64,000 nucleotides of DNA. Source: an uncultured virus (IMG/VR IMGVR_UViG_3300042673_000188). Its lineage: Duplodnaviria > Heunggongvirae > Uroviricota > Caudoviricetes. The DNA is taken from IMG/VR virus record IMGVR_UViG_3300042673_000188; one strand, 5' to 3'. The notes under the pieces were generated by a model. The model was not told the DNA's origin and did no database searches. It saw only the letters and a list, made by a program, of their open reading frames with translations. This document shows, piece by piece, positions 38,026-47,900 of the stretch. Position 1 is the first letter of the stretch, and each line of letters begins with the position of its first letter. Position numbers and translations under genes: made by a program.

Positions 38026-41000
38026 TGGCAGCACGGAAATTAAAGGTTAGCACAACCGGTTACAAAGAAAACAGCAAGGATAAGAACTTGGATAAACTAT
38101 ATGTACCAAGTTCTAACCTTACAATGACCGGTGTTAAAAAACATGTAAAGGCTACACCCGTATATCCAAATGATATGTATGGTAATCCTATTACCATGAT
38201 ACCGGGTGTACCTAGCTATACATTTCCAGGAGCTGTAGGTGTTATAGAAGAGAAGTTACCTCAAGCTCAACAAGGACTACCTAATGATTATGAAGCGTTT
38301 TTAAAATATAGTGAAACTGCACCTGAGAATAGAAGACCTGATGCTGAGTGGCAATATGGAAATCCTAGACAATATGATCACTATGGCATGTGGGATGCCT
38401 TAGGTAAACCTAAGAATTTTGAAGAGGCTTTAGCAAATTATCCTCAATGGCAACCGGATCCTGGTGATGGTTATTATCATGGTTTTAGCACTAACCCTAA
38501 TACAGGTGTTTGGTTAAAGTCACATATTCCAGGAGAGAATAAACCTGGCGATACAGGTTGGATGGAGTATAAGGACTTTATGTTAAGTAATGATCGCAAC
38601 TGGGGCGGTAAAAATCAAAACTTAATATTTGATCCTGAGATACAGAGAATGCGTTATGTAGAAAGAAAAAAACAAGGTGGTCCTTTACATAGGATGCAAA
38701 TTGAGGGTCAATTTTCTAATCCTAATTTTAAACCTAGTTACGATTGGAGAAAAAGCCCTAAAGAAAATGCTGAGCTTAATAGAAGAGCTGAAGCAGCTGG
38801 TCATAACTCTGTTGGTGAGTATGAAGCATCAGGTTGGGCATGGCAGCCAGAGAAAACTCACTTTACTAAAGGACAAGGAACGGGTATAGGTATAATTAAA
38901 GCTCAACCAAAACAACAAACTTGGGATCAACAAGTAATGGAAGGTATACCTGGGTATTCTACACTACCTCCTAAAGCAAAATCAAAAACTACTACTTCTT
39001 CATCTTCTTTAAAAGCTGATATAAAAAAGATGAATCAGGATTTAATATCAGGATTTGCTGTAGCAGAATCTACTATGCCTGCTAATACGTTCAAACCTCC
39101 TTTAGAATGGGAAGGTAAAACTGGTCCGCAGATTTTAGCTGAGGTGAGAGCAGAAGAGGCACGTATTAAAGCAGAAAAAGAACGTGAAGCATATGAAAAA
39201 TTAAATAGACATGATACACTCACCGCTAAAAGAACAACTCCTGCCCAGGAAACTGTTAATCAAATTTATTATGCTTTAAGTAATCCTATAGAAGCTGCTG
39301 GGCATGCAATGAAATATGGATATATTCCTCAAGGTAATCTTGGTAACTATGGGTATAGGGAAGATGGAGATGCCTTTTCAGATGTAACTCAATATGCTAA
39401 TCCTTTTTTTTATGCAAATGCTGCTTATAGATTGTCTAATGCTGCACTTCAACCTGAGTCATGGACAACTAAAGAAGGTTTAATTAATATGGCCTCGGAG
39501 GCACTGGAGGCGGCCCCTATCGTAAAACCTTTGGGAATGGCCATAAACTCTGCAAGAATGACTGCAGGACCCTTAGTTAAAAGTGCAGGAAAAGTTTATA
39601 ACAAAGTTGCTACAGGAAATTCTCGTTTAACAGATTTTGGTTTTCCAGCATGGAAAGTTGAAAGACCTAATTTTCCAATTAAATCTTCAGGCTATATACC
39701 AAAGACTTATACTGATGCTCAAGCTGGATTATTAGATAAATTTGGTAAGGGTATGAAATTAACTCCTGAAGAATGGGCACAAATGGAAGACTTTACAAGA
39801 TCCGGCGCTACTGATTTTAGTAAAGCTGATTACCCTATTTCTAGAATTCTTGGTTATTATGAACGTGGATCAGCAGAAAATAAATTACTTGAAGGACTAA
39901 AAGCAGGAGATGTATTTAATACTCCTACCGAAAAAACTATTAGAACTTGGAGTGTGGGTACTCCAGGAGCAGGTGACCTAAGCGCTTTTGGAAATACAAG
40001 ACTTGTTGTCCCTAGTAGATATACCAAAGGTTTAGGAAGTAACTTTGCCGGAATGCCGTATAGTGATAAAAGAATACCTTTTATCTGGAATCCTAAAACA
40101 GGGCTTAATAGTGGTGCAATTTCAGAAAAAGAAATAATGGGTAATATACCTAAAGGTTTTAAAGTTATTGGTAGCAGTAAGGAAAATGGTCTTAACAATC
40201 TTATTATAAAACCTCTAAAGGAAGGAGGTGAGCTACCTAAAGCAGAAGAAGGTGGTGACTTTGATTTTAGCTATGATTCTAGTAAATCTGTTGCTGAAAA
40301 TATGGAACTTAATAGGCGAGCTCAAGCTATGGGGTGGAATTCAGTAAAAGAATATGAAGCATCTAATTGGGGTAGGAAAGGTTATGCTAGAGTACCTGAT
40401 GTAATTCGTCAACAAAGAATTGCTAAAGGTATTCCTGCAGATCAAATACCGGAGTATGAGAAGATAGAAGAAAAAAAGATTAGCCCTGAACTTGCTTCTA
40501 TTATAGATCTACAAGAAGGAAGAAGCAGGTTTGATAAAGAAAAGGTAGAAGAAGAACAGAGAAAAAAAGATATAAAAAACTTCAGACGTGCCCCTATTAA
40601 TGATCCAGCAGGTTTACCAAGTGTTCCTATTTTTGAAAGTTTATTAATGGCTCCTGTTGCTCTTGGAGAAGCAGGCTTAGCAGGACTTGGAGAATTGGTA
40701 TATGGTGCAGCGGCATCATCACCACTTGTTCAAGCTACAGTAGCTGGTGGAAGACAACTTCTAAATGCAGCTCCAAAAGCTGTTCCTTGGCTTAATGCAG
40801 GTAATGCTTTAACTTACGGATTTGGAGTACATGGTTTAAAAACTATACAAAGCGGTCAAGCTCTCGAACCTTGGCGACATGCTAATGATACGGGTAATCC
40901 CCTTGATTATGCAAATGCTTTTGCTGAAAATTTAATAACTGCTTTAGAAATAGCACCTTTTGCAGCTCCTGTATTAAAAGCAGGATATGAGCTTGCAAAA

Positions 41001-42281
41001 CCTGCAATGAATGCAACAAATAATTTTGTAAGTAATATTTATAAATATAATCCTTTAGCATTTGATATTGCAAATGCAGAAAGTAAAATAGTAGGAAAAG
41101 GAAAAGAAGCATTCCTAGCAGACTCTGAAAGAAATTACACTGCTTATAAAGCGAAACCTAATTTTTTAATGGGGTATAGAGAAATAAAAGATGCATCTAA
41201 ATTAAATTGGGATCCTTTAATAGGTAAAGTAAAGGCTGATGCAGAAGCTAAAATGCTTGAAAACTTTGTAACTCTTACTGGTGGAAAAGCAGATGATATA
41301 GATCTTGCTCAATTTGCTGATTATTGGAAAGCCTATAATAATAGATGGAGTGCGCAATATAAATTAGCTGAGGATTTAACTGATATAGGAAGAGCTAAAA
41401 TTAAAGGTAGTCCTTTTGATACACGTAGCAATTTTTCTGATGCCTGGGGAATAGGCAGAGACCAAGCAAAAGAGTTTAGAACTTTGTTAGAAGAACAAAA
41501 TATACAACCTAACTCTCCTTTAGGTAGAAGTCTTGGTAATGGTGCTGAAGGTATGGTTTTTGAATTAGCTGATGATCCAGGTCATGTTATCAAAGTAGGT
41601 CAGACATTTAAAACAGATAACGTTGACGATTTACTAAAATCTTTTGAAGGTGTTATAGGTGATAATATAGCTGTTGTTAAAAGAGCACATAAAGATGGCA
41701 GCGGTCTTATTGAAATAATGCCAAATTTAAATAGAACCGGAAAATTCCAAAACCTCACAAAAGAAGAAGTCCTAAATAAATTAGAAGCAGATGCACGAGA
41801 TTTAATGTCTAGGGGGTTTTTCTTAGATGTTGATAATCTTAGAGGTAACTTTAGATACAATGATACAAAAAATGTTGTAGATATTTATGATGTTTCAAAA
41901 CCCGCACAAGGAATATCATATCAAAATCCAGATCTGGTTATTGAAAAACTAAGAGAACATTTTAATGCATTTGATCGCATACCTGAAAAACACCCACTGT
42001 ATAGATCAAATTCTGCAGTTTCTAAACCAGCTGTACAATTAACAGGAGCTGAAGCTACTAAAAGATTAGATGCTGCACGAAAAGAATTTGCCAGTCTTGT
42101 TGGAAGAGGTTTTGAAAATCTTACACCAGATGAGTTACTTAACTTATATAACCTTGAGGGTGAAATTTCTACGTTAACTAATTCTGTTAAAAAATTAGGA
42201 GGTACTGCTAAACCAAGAGATCATAAATCACTAGACAATTACTTTGAAGCAGCATGGACAAACTCTAGGAAAACTAACTAA
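38025..42281 (+). CDS. multidomain internal virion (cargo) protein with ART-like and kinase-like domains
   Basis: N-terminal 'VPSSNLTMTGV...MIPGVPSYTFPGAVGVIEE', GG-delimited modules, an R..TWS..EKE ART pattern, and an LGNGAEG..VIK..D..N..IYD kinase pattern. Confidence 0.75.
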   Translation: MAARKLKVSTTGYKENSKDKNLDKLYVPSSNLTMTGVKKHVKATPVYPNDMYGNPITMIPGVPSYTFPGAVGVIEEKLPQAQQGLPNDYEAFLKYSETAPENRRPDAEWQYGNPRQYDHYGMWDALGKPKNFEEALANYPQWQPDPGDGYYHGFSTNPNTGVWLKSHIPGENKPGDTGWMEYKDFMLSNDRNWGGKNQNLIFDPEIQRMRYVERKKQGGPLHRMQIEGQFSNPNFKPSYDWRKSPKENAELNRRAEAAGHNSVGEYEASGWAWQPEKTHFTKGQGTGIGIIKAQPKQQTWDQQVMEGIPGYSTLPPKAKSKTTTSSSSLKADIKKMNQDLISGFAVAESTMPANTFKPPLEWEGKTGPQILAEVRAEEARIKAEKEREAYEKLNRHDTLTAKRTTPAQETVNQIYYALSNPIEAAGHAMKYGYIPQGNLGNYGYREDGDAFSDVTQYANPFFYANAAYRLSNAALQPESWTTKEGLINMASEALEAAPIVKPLGMAINSARMTAGPLVKSAGKVYNKVATGNSRLTDFGFPAWKVERPNFPIKSSGYIPKTYTDAQAGLLDKFGKGMKLTPEEWAQMEDFTRSGATDFSKADYPISRILGYYERGSAENKLLEGLKAGDVFNTPTEKTIRTWSVGTPGAGDLSAFGNTRLVVPSRYTKGLGSNFAGMPYSDKRIPFIWNPKTGLNSGAISEKEIMGNIPKGFKVIGSSKENGLNNLIIKPLKEGGELPKAEEGGDFDFSYDSSKSVAENMELNRRAQAMGWNSVKEYEASNWGRKGYARVPDVIRQQRIAKGIPADQIPEYEKIEEKKISPELASIIDLQEGRSRFDKEKVEEEQRKKDIKNFRRAPINDPAGLPSVPIFESLLMAPVALGEAGLAGLGELVYGAAASSPLVQATVAGGRQLLNAAPKAVPWLNAGNALTYGFGVHGLKTIQSGQALEPWRHANDTGNPLDYANAFAENLITALEIAPFAAPVLKAGYELAKPAMNATNNFVSNIYKYNPLAFDIANAESKIVGKGKEAFLADSERNYTAYKAKPNFLMGYREIKDASKLNWDPLIGKVKADAEAKMLENFVTLTGGKADDIDLAQFADYWKAYNNRWSAQYKLAEDLTDIGRAKIKGSPFDTRSNFSDAWGIGRDQAKEFRTLLEEQNIQPNSPLGRSLGNGAEGMVFELADDPGHVIKVGQTFKTDNVDDLLKSFEGVIGDNIAVVKRAHKDGSGLIEIMPNLNRTGKFQNLTKEEVLNKLEADARDLMSRGFFLDVDNLRGNFRYNDTKNVVDIYDVSKPAQGISYQNPDLVIEKLREHFNAFDRIPEKHPLYRSNSAVSKPAVQLTGAEATKRLDAARKEFASLVGRGFENLTPDELLNLYNLEGEISTLTNSVKKLGGTAKPRDHKSLDNYFEAAWTNSRKTN

Positions 42282-42282
42282 A

Positions 42283-42318
42283 TTTGAGTATCTTAACAAT
42301 ATAATGTAACTTAGCTGT
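42283..42318 (+). promoter_or_regulatory. putative late-type promoter
   Basis: TTTG (42283), 20-nt spacer, TAACTTAG (42307). Confidence 0.45.
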
Positions 42319-42525
42319 ATGTATAACTACGAGAACCTTTTTGGTGTCCCTATTGTAATGTCCGAGGGAGGAACTTATGATAGAAGATACTTCTTTATGC
42401 AAGAAGGAGGACCAGCTATGTACAACCCAATGGGTCAGTACACAATGCCTCAAGATCTGCCTAAGATGAAACTTGGCGCAGACCTCTTTACTAAAATGAA
42501 ACAAGACCTTTCACATTACGGATAA
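42319..42525 (+). CDS. small protein carrying GG motifs
   Basis: 68 aa with MSEGG, MQEGG and LPKMKLG; TAATG-coupled to the next gene. Confidence 0.6.
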   Translation: MYNYENLFGVPIVMSEGGTYDRRYFFMQEGGPAMYNPMGQYTMPQDLPKMKLGADLFTKMKQDLSHYG

Positions 42526-44900
42526 TGAGCATAAAACCAATAACAAAACCAGATGGCTTTTTTAAACAGCGTCTTGATAACTTTGTAAAAGGAGTTACCG
42601 AGAATAAAAAAGATGCTCAAAATAAAAAGCTTCAAGAAGAAATACAGAAGTTTGTAGCTTCTGCTCAAGGATACTTAGAACAAAATCATGTTCCTGAGTT
42701 TCCTCAGCAAATGCCTATGGGTAATTTGATGACTGCTGAAGTTAGAGGGCAAATTCCTTGGCAAGCTCCTTATGGCTATCCTGGTTTAGAAAATCCTAAA
42801 GTAGCTCATCCCGAGTTGTTTGTAACAGCAGCTGAAAAATATAAGACAAACAGTTTACAAAATATTGGTCAAACTTTAGTTGATACTTTTGTTGCGCCTG
42901 CATATTATCAATATATGTCAGCACAAGAAAAAGCAGCAAAAGAAGCAAAGGATAAAGAAGAAGCTGCTGCAACTCAACAAGAACAAGTTGCACCAAATGA
43001 CTGGTCTATTGGTGTATCATCACCTGAGTACATTCCAGATGGTACAAATCAAACTAGTGGTGTAATAAAACAAAAAGGCGGAAAGACCAGCTTACATAAA
43101 TATCAGATTGATGGACAGACATGGCAATCACAATTGTTTGCAGGCTTACCGCAAGAATCTCAAAATCAAATTATGCAACAAGCTAATGTTTCAGACATTA
43201 GTGAATTGACAAATGAGCAGCTTAATGCGATATTACCTGAGTTGTATAATAACTACTATAGTCAAGTAGGAGAGGCGTTTAAAAATAATCAAGTGCCATC
43301 TTTTGGTGGACCACCCGATCTTTCTTTTATAAGTAACTATCCTATAATGCAAGGATTAAAGATGCCTGGCACAGACTTAAGTGGTCCTGGTGCATCTCCT
43401 GAGATGCTTACAGGAAGAAACTATGCTCCATTTACCACAACTCAAATGGCAGCTCCTGAAATGGGTTTAGCTGACTATATGGGATTACGTCAAGGTAGGC
43501 AATTTGATTTAGATGAGGACAGTGTTAAATATGATCAGGGGTTTAGCCAAAAACTTCAAGAAGCTTTAGATAGTGGTGACTATGATAGAATTCAAAAATC
43601 TGTTACAGCAAATCCAACAGTAGCCGGGAAACTTCTAGATAAAATAGGAATAGGTAAAATGTTTGATACTAGAAACTATGATACAAGTATAACAGTTCTT
43701 CCTGAAGGTCAGTCAGTATTTGATAACTATGACTGGGAGAAAGCATCAAATGAAAAAGTATATGCGCAAAATGCAAAATCTCCAGGAGGAGGTTTAATGC
43801 AAACTGATCAACTAAGCCCTGATCTATGGCAAAATATTTCAAGGGGTGAGCGTCGTGAGTTATTAAATGAAGCTGGTATTGATCCTAATAGAAAAAATCT
43901 AAGAGGGATGGGTAGAAAATTCCTTAAAAATGAAGCTGCTATGATAGAGTCTGAAAGACCTATTGATAGAAGTGGTATGAAAAATATACCAGCACCAGGC
44001 TCAGGATCAGGTATGATCACTATACCTGGAACATCAATGCAGATAGATATTAATAACTTACCTAAACAAACAGAACCACAAGTAGATCCCTCTAAGGATG
44101 AACCACCTGTAAATCCACCAGCAGATGATAAACAAAGAGTTAGTTATCCGATAAAAGGACAACCTAATAAAAATCCAGATACGGAAGAAAGTTGGCATTC
44201 TTATATGCGCAAACAATACTTGGGTGAAAAGAAAATGGGTGGCTCACAACTACCAAGTTTTAAAGGTGATTATGGACCTAGTACTTTTGGTATACCCGAT
44301 ATTTTTGGTGGACCTGGTCCATCAACTGGGCCATTCCAACCTGGTAAAGCAACAGATAAAAAATCATTTTTTGATTTCATTGGAGCTAAGACAGATAATC
44401 CACTTATGGTAGGTTCTCAGGATCAAACTCTTAATATTAATGGTACCAATAAAGAAAATAGCTATGCGATGGGGGAACGTGAGGTTGAGAAAAGTGTAAC
44501 AGCTACAGGTAGTGGTAAAGTTAAAAATCCATTTAACGCAATACCTACACTTAATCTTATTAACTCAGGTATTGCTAATATTGCGACACCTTTCTTTAAT
44601 CGTAAGGAGAAAAGAAATGCTGATCTAGCTATGAGAAATGCATTTATGCCAGAGAACACGGAGTCTGCATCACCAGATGTAAGAGATGCTGATCGCCTTG
44701 GTTATAATACATTTACAGGAGCTCCTGAGGGAGGTGGTTTAGCGGGATCTCCTGTTCAGTTCAGCAGTGGTCCATTAAGAGCATTTGCTCAAAGAGGTAT
44801 GCAAATGCCTAGATTACAAGTAGGTGGTTCAATCTATCTTACACAAGATATGATAGATGATATTATCAGCAACGGTGGTGAAATTGAATATGAAGATTAA
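42525..44900 (+). CDS. internal virion (cargo) protein
   Basis: 791 aa, largely disordered (Q/P/G/M-rich), with KQKGG, KKMGG, LQVGG and C-terminal 'IYLTQDMIDDIISNGGEIEY'. Confidence 0.65.
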   Translation: MSIKPITKPDGFFKQRLDNFVKGVTENKKDAQNKKLQEEIQKFVASAQGYLEQNHVPEFPQQMPMGNLMTAEVRGQIPWQAPYGYPGLENPKVAHPELFVTAAEKYKTNSLQNIGQTLVDTFVAPAYYQYMSAQEKAAKEAKDKEEAAATQQEQVAPNDWSIGVSSPEYIPDGTNQTSGVIKQKGGKTSLHKYQIDGQTWQSQLFAGLPQESQNQIMQQANVSDISELTNEQLNAILPELYNNYYSQVGEAFKNNQVPSFGGPPDLSFISNYPIMQGLKMPGTDLSGPGASPEMLTGRNYAPFTTTQMAAPEMGLADYMGLRQGRQFDLDEDSVKYDQGFSQKLQEALDSGDYDRIQKSVTANPTVAGKLLDKIGIGKMFDTRNYDTSITVLPEGQSVFDNYDWEKASNEKVYAQNAKSPGGGLMQTDQLSPDLWQNISRGERRELLNEAGIDPNRKNLRGMGRKFLKNEAAMIESERPIDRSGMKNIPAPGSGSGMITIPGTSMQIDINNLPKQTEPQVDPSKDEPPVNPPADDKQRVSYPIKGQPNKNPDTEESWHSYMRKQYLGEKKMGGSQLPSFKGDYGPSTFGIPDIFGGPGPSTGPFQPGKATDKKSFFDFIGAKTDNPLMVGSQDQTLNINGTNKENSYAMGEREVEKSVTATGSGKVKNPFNAIPTLNLINSGIANIATPFFNRKEKRNADLAMRNAFMPENTESASPDVRDADRLGYNTFTGAPEGGGLAGSPVQFSSGPLRAFAQRGMQMPRLQVGGSIYLTQDMIDDIISNGGEIEYED

Positions 44901-44911
44901 TAACTAATTAC

Positions 44912-47900
44912 ATGATACGTAAAGTTAAAATTAAAAAATTACCTCAAGCTAAAAAAGGCGGTAACTCATACCTTGATTATTATCAAGCAGCTCCCTCATT
45001 TATAACAAGTGATCTAGCTGATCCTAGTTTGGAGTTTAGAGATAGTATTAAAAAGGTAAAGCGTGAGGACGCTAATATTGAAGCTGAGGGTGGGGAAACT
45101 GCTGCAGTAATTGATAAAGCAACAGGTTTTTTAACTCAATATAAAATTAACGGACCTCGTCACAATGCGGGCGGTGTTCCTCTTAATGTTCCACCAGAGA
45201 CTTTTATCTTCAGTGACTTTCATGGTAAAGACTTTAAGTTAGGTGGTAATAAGAAAACTAAAGATATGGATGCGGGTATTCTTGCATACTTTGGTTTACC
45301 TGATCGTAAGGGTGGTTACACATTTGCAGATATTGCAAAGAAGTATGATATTAATAAAGACATTGCTAACCTTATGGATCCTACGGAGACTAAGGATAAA
45401 ATGACAATGGATACCCTTATTGCAAATATAAAGAACAAGACAAAGAAACTTGGTATGTTGGCTATTGCTCAAGAGTCCAAGAAGAATGATGAGATACCTA
45501 AGATTGCTGAACCAGCAATTGCTGCATTAAGTCTTGATAGACAAGCTATGGAAATTCCGGCTATGTCAATAAAGGATCTTCCTTTTTATCAGGACATGAT
45601 AAACTCTATGGCTCAAGTAGACCAAGAGCAGGCTGCACAGTTTGATCAAAACATGACTGCTAATCCTGATCAACAAAATATGCCAGATGCCGAATCAGCT
45701 CAAATGGCTGAGCAAATGGCACAACAAGTAAATGATCCAAATGCAATGCCTCAAGCTATGTTAGGTTATCAAGTATTTTCAAGAGGTGGCGGATTAAATA
45801 GATTTATCCGTCGTCAAGAAGGTGGTCCAGGAATGATGCCACCAGAAGCAATGATGCAACAAATGCCTCAGGGAATGCCGCAAGAGATGCCACAAGGTAT
45901 GCCTCCAGAAGGTATGCCCCCACAAGGACCTCCTCAACCACAAGGTGGAGGTGGTGGACAAATGGAACAGATGATGGCACAAGTAGCACAAGCATTACAA
46001 CAAGGTGCACAACCTGAAGAAGTTGTTGCTGCTTTATTAGAGCAAGGTGTTCCTCCTCAAGCAGTAGCACAAATCTTTGTGCAAATTGGTATGCCTCAGG
46101 ATCAAGTAATGCAACTTATATCTCAGGTGGTTGAACAAATGCAACAAGGTAGTCCTGAAGGAATGGACCCTTCTGCTCAACAAATGCCTGATGAGATGGG
46201 AGCTGAAATGGCTATGTCTCAACAGATGCCAGAAGGAATGCCTGAGCAAATGCCTGAGGAGATGCCAGCTGATATGGAAATGATGGCTCAATATGGAATG
46301 CAAGTATTTGCAAAAGGTGGAGCTGCTGACAAGTTAGGCAGATTTATACCTTATGCTAAAAAAGGTCGTAACAAATTTGATCCTGATAATATTGTTAAGC
46401 AAACATATAGCAGAAGAAAAGGCCTATATATATATGAGGACGCTGATGGTAATATCTATGAAACAACGGAGCCTAACTTAGGTTTTATTAATGATAGCGG
46501 TAGTGATAATAATAATGGCGGCGGGGGTGGTGGTTATGATGTTAACAACCCTAATGTTGTAAGAAGAACTAAAACAAAAACACCCGATAAAGTAATTACT
46601 AAATATAATATACCAGAGGGCGCTATTATTATTGAGAGAAAAGAAGATGAGGATGATGCTACCTTTAATGCCCGTAAAGAAAAAGAATACAGGGAGGCCA
46701 CAGATAAGAGTAAAGTCTTTGTAAAGGGAGCTGATGGTAAGTACTTTAATTTTAAAGAAACTGCAGGTAAATACCCTGCATACAAAGGTTCTGATAAAGC
46801 TAAAGTATTTAATGGTAGTGATAAGTTTGCAGGCATGTATCAAATGCTTGAGGATACTTTCCAGGATCCTGCTATTAAAAAAGCATTTGCTGATAAAATT
46901 AGAGCTGCTGCTGATAAAGATGCAAACTATAAAGGTACTTATGGCATATCTAATAAAAATGCTATAAAAAATATGACTGATGATGAGTTAGTCAAAATTC
47001 ACTTAAGACATCAAAAAAGAAACTTAGCACTTTGGGCTCATGGTTTTGATGTAAAAGGTAGTAATAATGCTACTGATGCTGATGGTAAGGATATTACTAA
47101 TAAAACATTATATAACAAAGCTAAGGAGATTGGTGTACCCTATGAGGAAGGAGCTGATAAGCGTTTAGCTAATGCTGCAGAGCAAATGGCCTACATAGGC
47201 TATAAAGATTTAATGTTTGATAAAGCAAATCTTGCTCCCGAACTACAAACTAAATTAAAACCTTTTGATATTGGACAACGTGGTTATGGCGATGAATATA
47301 TTGCTGGATCTGCAGCAGCAGGAATGATAAGTCCCGCTGACTCCTATAATACAAATACTACTTCAGGTCAGTATGATTTGATTAATATGGATCCATCATT
47401 AGAGATGACTGAGTTTGGTCCCGATGAAGAAATCATTCCAGGAGAAGCTGGAGATATTGAAGTAGACAATGATATTACTCCTTACAGACAACCTGGACCT
47501 AAACCTTGGTTACAAGATCAACTTAATATTGCAGCATCTGCATTGCAACCGGTAAATCGGTATATGCCAATACGCCAACGCTTACCACAGAATGCATATA
47601 TGACACCACAATTTGAATCACCTATATACAGGGATCAAGTAGCATCAGGAATGGTACGTGGTATGACTGAGGGGGTTAATGCTTTTGCAAAATCTCCAGG
47701 TGCCGCAGCATCTATTTCATCAGGTCTTATGGGACAACTTATGGATCAGGCTGCACAGAACGCATCAGAAGTAGATGCAAGAAATATTGGATACTCTAAT
47801 GCTGCTGAGGCTGCTAACTTCCAAGGTGCTCAACAAAGAGACCAGTTACAAGCTGCGGCTGATGCTGATTACTATACTAATGTAGTAGGATCTAAGGCTA

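Noticed and set aside
42319..42525. Immunity protein for the upstream ART/kinase effector
   Set aside because: It has its own promoter-like box, looks disordered and carries cargo-type GG motifs, so nothing supports an immunity role.
45794..46843. His/Leu-rich minus-strand ORFs
   Set aside because: These are reverse-complement artefacts of ATG-CCx-CAA repeats in the cargo gene.
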